Source of the DNA: a virus
Lineage: Duplodnaviria; Heunggongvirae; Uroviricota; Caudoviricetes
Direction: 5' to 3' (one strand)
IMG/VR virus record: IMGVR_UViG_3300033405_000002
Span: 115,595-179,594 of that record
DNA: 64,000 bases
Shown: one piece after another, positions 1-9,252 of the stretch
Layout: each line of letters begins with the position of its first letter
Numbering within the stretch: position 1 is the first letter of the stretch
Notes under the pieces: generated by a model
The model's input: the letters and a program-made list of their open reading frames with translations, nothing else
The model's database searches: none
Told to the model about the DNA's origin: nothing
Translations under genes and position numbers: made by a program

Positions 1-446
1 GCCATCGCGCCGCTGACTGCGGTAATGTTGAAAGCCCCACTGACTGCCGGGTCTTCCTGCGAAAGAATAGTAAGTGCTGTTGTGTACGTCGCGGATATTC
101 CAAAACCTGTTTCAGCGGTCGCACCGTAGTTTGCGTGCGTGAAATTGGCGGTAAACCCAGTGTACGTCGGGCCTGCACCGATCAAAGTAGCCACAACAAG
201 GAACACACCGTTCAAGAACGTGGCTCCAGTCATATCGAAAAACTCAATCGCTTGACCAACTGTGAGCGTGTTAGAACCTGTTACCGTCAACACATTGCTT
301 GTAAGCTGCGTGCTGGTGATGCTCACGAAGTTAGCTTGCTGTGCTCGGTTGAGCGAAGCAACGCGGAAAACGGAATCGTACAACGGCCCGTTGCCGTAAA
401 CCAGTGCGTTGAATTGACTATCTGAGGGTTGTCCGTTATATGCCAT
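1..446 (-). CDS. Virion structural protein, N-terminal part (runs off window start); one FCCH-like beta repeat
   Basis: Hand-translated ORF from ATG at 446 (MAYNGQPSDSQFNALVYG...), open to position 1; starts 2 nt after the stop of 448..4326; repeat SITSTQLTSNVLTVTGSNTLTVGQAIEFFDMTGATFLNG is shared with baseplate proteins at 36-64 kb. Confidence 0.8.
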   Translation of the reverse strand, partial: MAYNGQPSDSQFNALVYGNGPLYDSVFRVASLNRAQQANFVSITSTQLTSNVLTVTGSNTLTVGQAIEFFDMTGATFLNGVFLVVATLIGAGPTYTGFTANFTHANYGATAETGFGISATYTTALTILSQEDPAVSGAFNITAVSGAM

Positions 447-447
447 A

Positions 448-3400
448 TTAGAAAATCCACCACTGTGTTCCGTCCCACTGGACGATAATGCTCTGACCCA
501 CTGCGCTCAGAGTTGTAGAGGTTGCAAAGTCGATGTTCACCGCCGACGATATAGTAATCGTGCCTGTGCTGATGTTCTTGATGTAGAACTCTTGCCCAAC
601 CTTGAGTCCGGTTGTTGGCAGCGTCAATGTGAAGGTGCCGTTGCAAAGAATCGTGTGGTCATTTTGACCAGCGGTGTAGGTCGTAGTCTGCGTGGAAATC
701 GCAGTCGCCACACCCGTGAAGCTCGATACACCACCAGCCACGTAGATCGCCCAAGTGTTGGTGAGGGTTCCGCCAGCGCCCGGAGTCGTTTGATCTTCGA
801 TATACAAACCGTAGTTGTTCGTAACAGTGCCGATGACACCACCCGGAGACTGGATGTACACGTGTGCCAGTTGGGTTGCGGTGCAAGTGTTCGCTAAGCC
901 AGTCGATGTCTGGATCACGCGGACATTAGTGGCTGCGGAACCGTTAGCCACAGTTCCAACTGACGCAGTTGCGTCAACAGCGCAAACAAGGGCCGCTAAA
1001 GATGGCGAAGCGCCTGCTTGTGCTGCTGAAACCTCAAGCCCAACAAGGGCGTCGAGAGCACCCGTAGTGCCTGAGATGACATCAGCAAAAATGGCTTCGA
1101 TAGGCTCCGAGTTATAGGTTCCTGTTCCACTCACGTTTACCCGTGAAGTTATACCTGTCCATCCATTTGACGAGCTAACGGGCACATTGACATTTAATGA
1201 CGAGACAAAATTGTCCCAATCTGTGTGTGGAGTGTCCGCTGTAGCATTTGTTGCAACTCCAAGTTGATAGTCACCTGACAATGACCCCTGACCAAATACC
1301 GCAGGCGCGTATGAGTTGCCGTTAGCGGGTAAGACGGTGAACACCGGATTGCCAGCTAGTGTATTGTCGTACACATCAAGGGTGTTGCTTGTACCGTCAC
1401 CTGTGAGAATGGCTGTGGCAAATCCCGACAATTCAGGGTTGATTGTCAACATCACGTATGAGCCGTTCGTGCCGAACTCAGCGATAGCATTTGTGTTGCT
1501 TGGTGTGCTTTGAACGGTCAGAACTGCACCATGCGCCGGGTCTTGAATCGACACGACATTTTCACCCAAACTGTTCGTGTAGAAATCGGCGATGTGGTCA
1601 CCCTGACTGTCACCAGCCACGGTTAGAGCCGCTACGGATGAAGGTGCAACCGCATTGTCCGGCTGGATTGTAAGATCACCGTACTGGTCGAAATATGCTA
1701 CTGGTGCGCCGCCGTTCTCTTCCCAGATTTGGATAGCGGCTGAACCCGGAGCGCCTTCAACCGTCAAGCTGACATCGTTTGTGGTCGAACTTGCGCAGAA
1801 GACGCCGCCACTTCCGAGAACATAGAAGCTGGGGCTAGTGAGTGATCCGGTGCCAAATGCCTGAATAACCCTGGCTGACGGGGAGTCAACATACGCCGTC
1901 AATGATGCGCCCGGTTCTCCGACACCTGTAACTGATCCTGTCGGAGACACAACCATAGCACCGTACTTGGTGATTTGAACGCCAAGAGCGGTTCCACTCT
2001 GCACGTTGCCTGTGTAACCGGGGACGCCTGTGTTGCTGTAAAAATCTGAAATGTCACTACCAGTGGCGTCACCAGTGACGGAGAGCGCAACACTTGTTCC
2101 TGTCGGTGTGATTCCTACAGCACCGTTGGCTTTGATCGCGTAAGTGTTGGTAAACGTGCCTGTAGCTGGATTATCAACCTGCAAACCGATGTTGTTTGTA
2201 CCTGTAAAGCTCCCCGTCAGAACAGGTGCTTGAATCCAGATGCCGTACATGTCGGTGACTGTAGCAACTTGGCTGTCGCCAGACATTCCAACTTCAATAC
2301 CAGCCAGTGCTGCACAGGTGCCTGTGGAAAAATGTCCAACCGACAAGGGGATACCAACGATTGACGACAGCACATTCGATGTGCTACTTCGTCCTGTAAA
2401 CGCTGCAATTTCCAAACCATAAAGAAGCTGAATACTATCACTGGTTCCCATTGCAGTTTCAGAGATAATCGCATTCGATATGGTTGCACTCGCCGAAGGA
2501 TTCGCGGTGCCACTGTAGTTTGCGATTACCTCAAGACCAATGTTAATTGGTCCCCCAGTACCAGTGTTGTTGGTCAAGGTGCGGTAGATGAGTAAATTCG
2601 TCAGGTCGTTGGTGACGGTTGTATCGACAGAACTGAAAAGGGAAAGTGCGCCAACATCGCTGATCGAGACTGCCGGAGAAACGGCACCATTAGCGTACAA
2701 ATTCAAGATATTGCTAGAAGCCGAATCGCCCGTAATGGACAGACCCACGCCTGTGCCCGTTGGTGCCAAAGTTACTGCACCAGCAGTCGTGACCGCACTA
2801 CCTGCGATACCAGCGAACGCACCAGCGAGATTGTATTGAATCTGCGTCGGCGAACCGCCCGGTGTTCCACCGCCGCCGCCTGCTGGCACCCATGCGGTGC
2901 CTGTAACCGTGGAAGACAGCACTTCTCCGCTTGTGCCCGGTGATCCGGTGCTATCATAAAAAGACAAAAGGTTGTGCAGGTTTCCTGTGTAATCAATCCA
3001 AACGACTTTGGTGCTGGGGAAGTGCGTAGAGAAATCCGCAACATCTGGGCTGCCTGCGTTCCCGCCAACAACGGAAAGGGCGGGGAAGGCTCCAATGGAG
3101 ACGTTGCTGATAACACTTACGCCATTACAAATCATGCGACCATCGGCCAACATTTGAGCAACGATGGTGCCTTCGTTCGAGCTATACCAGTCAGTCGCGG
3201 AAACCGCAATGCCGCCTGCTGCACTGATAGTCAGTGCCGTGCTTGCGGTCGGGCTGGAGTTTGGAGTATTTCCAAGCACAATAGCCCCTGACCCGCTGAC
3301 ACTGCTATTAGTCGCACCAGCGAACGTCCCTGCACTATTCCACTGGAGCGAGCCTGTTGGAGTACCCGGTGTTCCGCCTGCTGGTGTGCTCCACTGCGCA

Positions 3401-4326
3401 GTTGTGCCACTCGTGGCTGTAAGAACTTGTCCCACCGTTGGGGCTGTACCGCTGAGAGCCACGCCGTAGATCGTGCTCGCATTGACTATGCCCGTGCCGC
3501 CGAACGTCAACGTTGAGCCAGTGCCCACCGTCATCGTCTGACCCATGTTGATACCGCCAAGGATGTCAGCGAAGTTCGCGGTGCTGGACGCCGTTGGAGT
3601 CCACGCTGTGCCTGACCATATCAGTGCTTGACCGATGGTCGGTGCGGTAGCTGAAATCGCATTACCTTGAATCTGCGTTGCGTTGATGACGCCTGTGCCG
3701 CTGACCGTCAGTGAGGCACCAGTGCCAACTGTCATCGTGGATGACGTGTTGGTGCCGGACCCGATGTTGTTGAACAGGACAGAAGCAGGCGGCGTAGTGA
3801 CGAACAAAATTTGAACGGTGTTGGGCGCTGTCCAAGTCGCCACGATACCGACAACCTGCGGCAGGCTTGGTGAAGAGGTAAGCGTTGGTGCGCCGGGGTT
3901 CGTCGCGGACACGTAGACGGGCTGACCTACACTAGACGAAGTGAATTCCGCAGCGGTGAACGTGAACAAACCACTGAAAGCGACGTTGATCTGTCCCGGA
4001 GCACTAGTGTTCGGGCTTGTGCTGAAGCCGACCGCTGGAACTGGATACGGCGTGCCGGAAGGGGCGGTTCCAGTCGTTGCAGCGTAAGCATTCTGCGCTT
4101 TGAGCGTGCCGCCTTGCTCATACAGATTGACCAAAGCGCCGTTGTTGATCGCCTCACCAGCAATCGCTGTGACACCGCCAAGGCTCGGAATCAACGATGC
4201 GTTGATGTGACCAGTGGAGTCAGTGACAACCGGGATACCAGCGCCAGACACAGCGATGGAACTGGACTGAACTTGGTCAATCAGTGATGTTACCGGATTG
4301 AAGATGCAAATAATCGGAGATGACAT
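448..4326 (-). CDS. Large tail-fibre-like virion protein (1292 aa)
   Basis: Long G/S/T/A-rich ORF; N-terminal capsid-cement-like motif (AGEAINNGALV...VGF...GQPVYVS); internal duplicated ~55 aa repeats (TMTVGTGxxLTxxGTGxxNAxxIxGxAxSxTAPTxGQ); C-terminal phage fibre module (YTAGQNDHTILCNGTFTLTLPTTGLKVGQEFYIKN...DGTQWWIF). Confidence 0.75.
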   Translation of the reverse strand: MSSPIICIFNPVTSLIDQVQSSSIAVSGAGIPVVTDSTGHINASLIPSLGGVTAIAGEAINNGALVNLYEQGGTLKAQNAYAATTGTAPSGTPYPVPAVGFSTSPNTSAPGQINVAFSGLFTFTAAEFTSSSVGQPVYVSATNPGAPTLTSSPSLPQVVGIVATWTAPNTVQILFVTTPPASVLFNNIGSGTNTSSTMTVGTGASLTVSGTGVINATQIQGNAISATAPTIGQALIWSGTAWTPTASSTANFADILGGINMGQTMTVGTGSTLTFGGTGIVNASTIYGVALSGTAPTVGQVLTATSGTTAQWSTPAGGTPGTPTGSLQWNSAGTFAGATNSSVSGSGAIVLGNTPNSSPTASTALTISAAGGIAVSATDWYSSNEGTIVAQMLADGRMICNGVSVISNVSIGAFPALSVVGGNAGSPDVADFSTHFPSTKVVWIDYTGNLHNLLSFYDSTGSPGTSGEVLSSTVTGTAWVPAGGGGGTPGGSPTQIQYNLAGAFAGIAGSAVTTAGAVTLAPTGTGVGLSITGDSASSNILNLYANGAVSPAVSISDVGALSLFSSVDTTVTNDLTNLLIYRTLTNNTGTGGPINIGLEVIANYSGTANPSASATISNAIISETAMGTSDSIQLLYGLEIAAFTGRSSTSNVLSSIVGIPLSVGHFSTGTCAALAGIEVGMSGDSQVATVTDMYGIWIQAPVLTGSFTGTNNIGLQVDNPATGTFTNTYAIKANGAVGITPTGTSVALSVTGDATGSDISDFYSNTGVPGYTGNVQSGTALGVQITKYGAMVVSPTGSVTGVGEPGASLTAYVDSPSARVIQAFGTGSLTSPSFYVLGSGGVFCASSTTNDVSLTVEGAPGSAAIQIWEENGGAPVAYFDQYGDLTIQPDNAVAPSSVAALTVAGDSQGDHIADFYTNSLGENVVSIQDPAHGAVLTVQSTPSNTNAIAEFGTNGSYVMLTINPELSGFATAILTGDGTSNTLDVYDNTLAGNPVFTVLPANGNSYAPAVFGQGSLSGDYQLGVATNATADTPHTDWDNFVSSLNVNVPVSSSNGWTGITSRVNVSGTGTYNSEPIEAIFADVISGTTGALDALVGLEVSAAQAGASPSLAALVCAVDATASVGTVANGSAATNVRVIQTSTGLANTCTATQLAHVYIQSPGGVIGTVTNNYGLYIEDQTTPGAGGTLTNTWAIYVAGGVSSFTGVATAISTQTTTYTAGQNDHTILCNGTFTLTLPTTGLKVGQEFYIKNISTGTITISSAVNIDFATSTTLSAVGQSIIVQWDGTQWWIF

Positions 4327-5048
4327 TATCTAGTCCTTGGAGGCCAATAAATGTGCTTGTGCTTGAACTTTGCCAGTTCGGGAAAGTCTGTCTCAGCTTC
4401 AGCATCAACCAACAGGTTCGCGGGGTTCTTGACCGTCTTGTCATTCTTTGGGGAGTTCCCGGTATCCCATAGATGGCGGTCGTTTCCGCTGGTGCCGCCG
4501 CCGTTGAATACTTCACCACTGGTGTCGTAACCGTAGCCTAGCTTGGAACGGTTCACAGTCTCTTTGTTAGCCTGCAAGGTAAGCCCGTCGAGCAACTTTG
4601 CCAGCTTCATCAAGGCGTAGCTCTGGTAGACCGTAGCCATGCTGTAATCGCCGATTCGCCCATAAGACTCCGCTGTCTCAAAGTGGTGTTTTGCCGTCTC
4701 GGTAGCCCGGAGCACATCTGGGCGCATCGTCATTTGCTTGCTCACGTCTTCCATCCCAAGGATGAGTTCACGAAGCAGTGGCTCAGTCTTCGCGTACATT
4801 TGCTTGTCTTGTTCGGGGTTGTCATTGGTCTCATCCACGACACGGTTGCCCTGCTCGTCCGTTTTGTAAGTGAACGGCTGGTTCTTCTCCCAGATCGCGT
4901 AGATGTCCATGTATGTGTCCCGCAAGTAGTTAACGTCTTGCGGCCACGTTCCTTGGGACATTAGGAGTTCACTGCGCCAGCGCGGGGGCGTCTGCAATGG
5001 TGCGACTGGCGATGCTGCCAGTTTTCGGATGGGAAGGCGAGTCAGCAC
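4326..5048 (-). CDS. Hypothetical protein (240 aa)
   Basis: GTG start with AGGAG 6 nt upstream; stop abuts next start. Confidence 0.75.
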   Translation of the reverse strand: MLTRLPIRKLAASPVAPLQTPPRWRSELLMSQGTWPQDVNYLRDTYMDIYAIWEKNQPFTYKTDEQGNRVVDETNDNPEQDKQMYAKTEPLLRELILGMEDVSKQMTMRPDVLRATETAKHHFETAESYGRIGDYSMATVYQSYALMKLAKLLDGLTLQANKETVNRSKLGYGYDTSGEVFNGGGTSGNDRHLWDTGNSPKNDKTVKNPANLLVDAEAETDFPELAKFKHKHIYWPPRTR

Positions 5049-5089
5049 GAGGTTCTCCTACTTGAAGAGAACCGAAGTTTGAAATCCTG

Positions 5090-5725
5090 CTAGGAGATGG
5101 ATTCGGCGGATTTTAGGGGATTTTTTGGACGGGCGTATTGCTGCCAGACCGCCGTGTCCCATTCTTTGGGCGTAAGCCCACGCTTCTTACCTTCGGAGAT
5201 GAAAGCCTGCTCCAATTCCCGATATTTCTTACCGGGCGGTGGTGTCGTCTTCGGTGCGTTGTAACCGTTGGCGCGGAGCCATTTCAAGATGTGGGTGTCC
5301 AGTGGGATCATCTCTTGGTCAGGGCGGGTGTAGAGTAAAAGCATTCGGGCCGTTTTTGCCCCCACGCCGTGAATCTGCTCAAGCTCTTCCAGTGTGACAG
5401 TCGCCGGATCAATCTGAACCATGCCGCGAAACGCTTTGTCAATTCGTTTGTATTGGCCCATCTTGTGTTTCTTCAGGAACTTGTTCAACGACCCGTGCTC
5501 GATTGCCATCTTCACCAGTTTGAACGGCGTCATGGGGTCACCGCGTCGTGCCATCCGTATGAGCGCCGTGCCGCAGCAGTAGGTTTGAAGGATGTCTTTG
5601 AGTAGAGCTTCAACCTTGTCCGCCGTCTGTCCAGCGGGCTTCCCGGCGACACAGATACCGAACAAGAACCACTCTTGCAGGCGCGTCTGATCCCAAGGGC
5701 GGGTCAAATCGTAAGGGTCAATCAT
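5090..5725 (-). CDS. HhH-GPD superfamily DNA glycosylase/lyase, Ogg2 (8-oxoguanine glycosylase)-like
   Basis: HhH motif LEQIHGVGAKTA with catalytic Lys, LDTHIL with catalytic Asp, C-terminal KKYRELE...WDTAVW as in Ogg2; ATG at 5725 overlaps upstream TGA (ATGA). Confidence 0.75.
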   Translation of the reverse strand: MIDPYDLTRPWDQTRLQEWFLFGICVAGKPAGQTADKVEALLKDILQTYCCGTALIRMARRGDPMTPFKLVKMAIEHGSLNKFLKKHKMGQYKRIDKAFRGMVQIDPATVTLEELEQIHGVGAKTARMLLLYTRPDQEMIPLDTHILKWLRANGYNAPKTTPPPGKKYRELEQAFISEGKKRGLTPKEWDTAVWQQYARPKNPLKSAESIS

Positions 5726-5913
5726 TTGAAACAACTCCCGTTACAGGTTAGCCGACCGCACAACCCGCAGTGCCCCTGACTTGTATCGTAGTGGGAGAAA
5801 CCACTGGATTTCTGCGGCTCAGCCTGCATTGGCGGGCGGCGAGCGCCATTCTCGTCAAGCTCGTACTCATTACCCCATTCGTCGAAATGTTTGGGTTTCC
5901 AGTCGTTGTCCAT
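5722..5913 (-). CDS. Small hypothetical protein with C-terminal Cys motif (HCGLCGRLTCNGSC)
   Basis: Coupled stop/start overlaps on both sides. Confidence 0.7.
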   Translation of the reverse strand: MDNDWKPKHFDEWGNEYELDENGARRPPMQAEPQKSSGFSHYDTSQGHCGLCGRLTCNGSCFK

Positions 5914-6092
5914 CAGTGCTTCTCCACGCACAGTTTCCGCCTGCGTCCTTCTCGTTTAAGTGTACGCGTGATACGCTTGCCAGTTTTTGCGAGTGGATAA
6001 CCGCCGTCGTCCAATCGGTCTTCGTAGATTTCGCTCGCGAAAAGCAAGAATTGGAGTTCCTCGCGTGTCAACTTTTGGACATCAATGGGCAT
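5913..6092 (-). CDS. Small hypothetical protein (59 aa, MPIDVQKLTREELQFLLF...), not in ORF track
   Basis: Hand translation; fills the gap exactly, TGATG overlap with next gene. Confidence 0.65.
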   Translation of the reverse strand: MPIDVQKLTREELQFLLFASEIYEDRLDDGGYPLAKTGKRITRTLKREGRRRKLCVEKH

Positions 6093-6094
6093 AG

Positions 6095-6361
6095 CTATTC
6101 CTCAATCGCTGGTGTTCCGGTTACGCTGATTGGCGTTACGCCTTCTGGCGTAAAGCCTCCCTCGCCTTCGATGGTTGGGTTCGGGAAATATTGCCACTTC
6201 ACCACGTTAGGCTCCACAGATACTTCATGGATCGTACCGTGCGGAGACATTCTCATCATTTCGTCGCGGGAAACTTCAACTTCATAACCACCGCCCGGAA
6301 TCTTTCTACCAAACTTTCTCACCAGTAGAGCGACTGCATTGACTTGTGGATTACCTCTCAC
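6095..6361 (-). CDS. Hypothetical protein (88 aa)
   Basis: Tiles the minus-strand operon; start uncertain. Confidence 0.6.
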   Translation of the reverse strand: MRGNPQVNAVALLVRKFGRKIPGGGYEVEVSRDEMMRMSPHGTIHEVSVEPNVVKWQYFPNPTIEGEGGFTPEGVTPISVTGTPAIEE

Positions 6362-6569
6362 GACGATCCCTCACTTCTCGAAACATGTTAGCCAAGATTT
6401 GTTCAGCCTGCTTACGCAGATCGAAGTGCTCCGCGCAAAGCCAGCGAACCTCTGTCCCCCGCGTAGTCTTTGTTTCCACAAAGTCAACGGCAGGCTTGCC
6501 ACATAGCTCCCCAACCCTTTGATCTGGGCCTCCCGGCGGGTGCTTATATTGACAAGTCTGCCGTGGCAT
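6351..6569 (-). CDS. Small Cys/His hypothetical protein (72 aa)
   Basis: Tiles operon; CQY...ELCG...WLCAEH possible Zn ligands. Confidence 0.65.
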   Translation of the reverse strand: MPRQTCQYKHPPGGPDQRVGELCGKPAVDFVETKTTRGTEVRWLCAEHFDLRKQAEQILANMFREVRDRRER

Positions 6570-6571
6570 TT

Positions 6572-7231
6572 TTACAATTCTACCACAATCGGCGCGTTCA
6601 CGGGTTTGTAGGACTCGTTACAGATCGCCGCGTTAATGAACAACGTGTTTTCGTACTGCGTTTTGCCGTAGCCGCCGTGGATATGTCCGAAGACGTGCAT
6701 CTTTGGCTTCGCACGCTCAACAGCCGCCATCAGGTCTTCACAACCAAGATGCTCGGAACCCAGATGCGGAAAGCTTTGATCGTGAATGCCCAGCGGCGGG
6801 CCGTGCGTAATGAGAACGTCCAAACCTTCAGGAATCAAGTTCCATTTGTGTTTGATCGCCGCGCCACGGTCAAGATTGAAAGCCCAATCGAAGAACGTGG
6901 GCTGCCAAGGACTACCGTAGATGTGCAGTCCTTCGATAGTCACACCACTGTCTTCGAGATAGCTGATCTTGCCGTTGCCGTCGCCGATGATCCCGTTGTT
7001 CAATAGCTGCAAGGCCATCGTGCGGTTCCGTTGAAACATCCAATCATGGTTCCCAGCAACAAAAACCTTGTGCTTGTGCGGCTGCTTACGCAGCCACATC
7101 CCAGCGGCCGCGATCTCGTTCATACGCCCAAGCATGGTAGCATCACCTGCGTGGATGAGAATGTCACCGTCAGGGACAGTCACCTGATCCTGTAGGTCGT
7201 GCGTATCCGAGATGAAAACTATACGAGGCAT
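6572..7231 (-). CDS. Calcineurin-like metallophosphoesterase (MPPED2/239FB-like)
   Basis: Motifs ISDTH, IHAGD, VAGNHD, LITHGPP, HVFGHIH. Confidence 0.92.
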   Translation of the reverse strand: MPRIVFISDTHDLQDQVTVPDGDILIHAGDATMLGRMNEIAAAGMWLRKQPHKHKVFVAGNHDWMFQRNRTMALQLLNNGIIGDGNGKISYLEDSGVTIEGLHIYGSPWQPTFFDWAFNLDRGAAIKHKWNLIPEGLDVLITHGPPLGIHDQSFPHLGSEHLGCEDLMAAVERAKPKMHVFGHIHGGYGKTQYENTLFINAAICNESYKPVNAPIVVEL

Positions 7232-7776
7232 AAACTCTTTCGAAAAACCGCTACTCGATTCAAATACTGCACAAACTCTTCATACGATGAATCACATTTC
7301 CCAAGATTACAGGTGTGGCAACAGGGCACACAGTTTGTGCGCACATACCCTTGCTCACTGTCTTTTCGATCCACCCCGTTGTAAACGAAGTCTCCGTGAT
7401 AATGTGTACCTTTAGTGTGCGATGTTCTGTACGGCTCTCTCCCGCAGTAGTGACACGGCTGCTGTGTTAATGCAAAGAACTGCTCTTCCGTCAGATCAAA
7501 TGGTAGTCCTTTTCGTTTAGCCTTCTTGCGATAATCGGAAAGTCTTCGATTTCGGGCGGACTTTCCGTCCTCAAGACGATTCAAATCACCTACTCTTTCC
7601 GCTTTCAAACAACCACAACTTTTAGTAGAGTGCTTTGTTCTAGTTAAGCTGCCGCTATAAACTGTGACCAGACTCCCGCATACACACTGGCATCGCCAGT
7701 ATTTCAAACGGTTTTTTGAGAACGCGAACTCTAAAACTGTTAAACGTCCGAACTTCATACCGCAAACAACTCTCAT
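7219..7776 (-). CDS. HNH-type homing endonuclease-like protein
   Basis: N-terminal KFGRLTV...WRCQCVCG...KSCGC DNA-binding repeat; C-terminal CHYCG...NGVDRKDS...GY...NCVPCCHTCNLGK. Confidence 0.8.
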   Translation of the reverse strand: MRVVCGMKFGRLTVLEFAFSKNRLKYWRCQCVCGSLVTVYSGSLTRTKHSTKSCGCLKAERVGDLNRLEDGKSARNRRLSDYRKKAKRKGLPFDLTEEQFFALTQQPCHYCGREPYRTSHTKGTHYHGDFVYNGVDRKDSEQGYVRTNCVPCCHTCNLGKCDSSYEEFVQYLNRVAVFRKSLCLV

Positions 7777-7804
7777 ACGTATCTAATACTCAGAAACCAT
7801 CAGT

Positions 7805-8032
7805 ATGAGTGATGATTTCCAGACAGCTTTCCCCGAAGACACCCAGCCGCAGGACGAAACGCCCGTAAATCCTTCTCGTGTTGGTGAAGTTTTGTGCTAC
7901 TACGGCTGCGGTAGACCCGGTCAATACTTCGGCTCAGGGCCACTAGGTGGTGAGTTTCCCCGGTGCTCAAAGCAGCATAGCGATTGTCCAGCACGAGGTA
8001 GAGTTGCGATCCGCGCTGCCAAGAGGAGATGA
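7805..8032 (+). CDS. Cys-rich putative Zn-finger microprotein, paralogue 1
   Basis: FQTAFPEDT...CYYGCGR...RCS...DCPA motif shared with 8792..9034. Confidence 0.75.
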   Translation: MSDDFQTAFPEDTQPQDETPVNPSRVGEVLCYYGCGRPGQYFGSGPLGGEFPRCSKQHSDCPARGRVAIRAAKRR

Positions 8033-8041
8033 AAACGATCT

Positions 8042-8233
8042 TCATTGTAACTCCGATTTAGTTCCGTGCCAGCCGTTCCAACCGAAATGGTCAAAGTGTT
8101 GAACACAGGTCAAACATATCACCCGCTGACAGCCAGAGCAAAAGTTTGGTGTCTTCAACACGAGCTTTTTGCAACACGCACAACGTGCTTTAGTAGTCTT
8201 CTTCGTCTTCGTAGTCTTCGTCTTGGTCGGCAT
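8042..8233 (-). CDS. Small putative Zn-finger protein (63 aa)
   Basis: CACC...CSGC...CLTC...H..H pattern; 5' end overlaps the 3' end of the WGR gene. Confidence 0.55.
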   Translation of the reverse strand: MPTKTKTTKTKKTTKARCACCKKLVLKTPNFCSGCQRVICLTCVQHFDHFGWNGWHGTKSELQ

Positions 8234-8765
8234 ACTCGTAGCCCTTCTTCAGTTTCTCCGCGAGAATCTTGTCATAAATAGTCTTCGCATCTGCGTATGA
8301 AAGCTGAGTTCCCTTCACATCGGTCTTAATCTTGCCGCCGCGCCGACCGTAATCGCCTTCAACACGATAGCCAAAGTTTGCGGTGTCCGGCTCCAGACGC
8401 AGGACATATACCTTGTCCGAATTTCCTGCTTGGCAGGACAGGCTGGCTGTGTGAGTCGTATAAACGTCTTCTGGCTCTTCTGATTCTTCGGACCCATCGT
8501 CACCTTCGAGTCCCCAACAAACGGCGATCAACTTCTCGCCTTCAGCCGCATATTTCTCCGGCAGTTTGGTAACTTCCACACCTGCCCAGTTCAAAATCCC
8601 GGTCATGTACTCGCTGCGCCAGTGCGCGTCATTCAACGACCAACTGTCAACAAGCTCAAGCTTGCCGTCTTTGATCTCGAAGAAGCCGTCAGCTTCCCCA
8701 ATATTCTCTCCGCAGAAGTAGCTGTGATACAGTGTCTTTTTGGGTTGTTGCTTTGCCTTTGCCAT
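8190..8765 (-). CDS. WGR-domain protein
   Basis: C-terminal GNSDKVYVL...YGRRGG...AKTIYDKILAEKLKKGY matches WGR-domain pattern (WGR present as YGR); acidic linker and tail. Confidence 0.75.
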   Translation of the reverse strand: MAKAKQQPKKTLYHSYFCGENIGEADGFFEIKDGKLELVDSWSLNDAHWRSEYMTGILNWAGVEVTKLPEKYAAEGEKLIAVCWGLEGDDGSEESEEPEDVYTTHTASLSCQAGNSDKVYVLRLEPDTANFGYRVEGDYGRRGGKIKTDVKGTQLSYADAKTIYDKILAEKLKKGYEYADQDEDYEDEEDY

Positions 8766-8791
8766 ACCATTCAAATACTGAATTCATCAGT

Positions 8792-9034
8792 ATGGACGAG
8801 AAATTTCAAACCGCGTTCCCGGAAGACACGCTCCCAGAACCAGACGGAGTGGCATGTTATTACGGCTGCGGTCGGGCCGCGAAGTACGGAAACATGGGGC
8901 CCAGCTTCAACCAGAACCCGCACGATCCGCCACGGTGTTCTCCAAGGATGAGTGATTGTCCTGCTGTTAGGGGAACCGCTTTACGCGCTGCGAGACGTGC
9001 AGGACGTTTGGGCGGCGGGCGCGGACGCTTCTGA
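8792..9034 (+). CDS. Cys-rich putative Zn-finger microprotein, paralogue 2
   Basis: MDEKFQTAFPEDT...CYYGCGR...RCS...DCPAVR; clear paralogue of 7805..8032 with identical CATCAGTATG start context. Confidence 0.75.
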   Translation: MDEKFQTAFPEDTLPEPDGVACYYGCGRAAKYGNMGPSFNQNPHDPPRCSPRMSDCPAVRGTALRAARRAGRLGGGRGRF

Positions 9035-9178
9035 ATCAAGCTGATCGGCAACCCACTGGTGCGCCGTATGCTGCCATGTTGGTCTGTGACCCTTCTTGCG
9101 GACACAACGGTGTACGGGCCATGTGCTATCGAGGCTGAATCCGATGCAATACTCTTCGTTGCAGAGTTCCATAAAGTT

Positions 9179-9252
9179 TGGTAGCCCTAAGGGGAATCGA
9201 ACCCCTGTTATCGGATTGAGAGTCCGGCTTCCTGCCACTAGAAGATAGGGCC
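9179..9252 (-). tRNA. tRNA-Glu(CTC)
   Basis: Cloverleaf, anticodon arm CCGGA-CT-CTC-AA-TCCGA, GGTTCGATT T-loop, encoded CCA. Confidence 0.9.
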
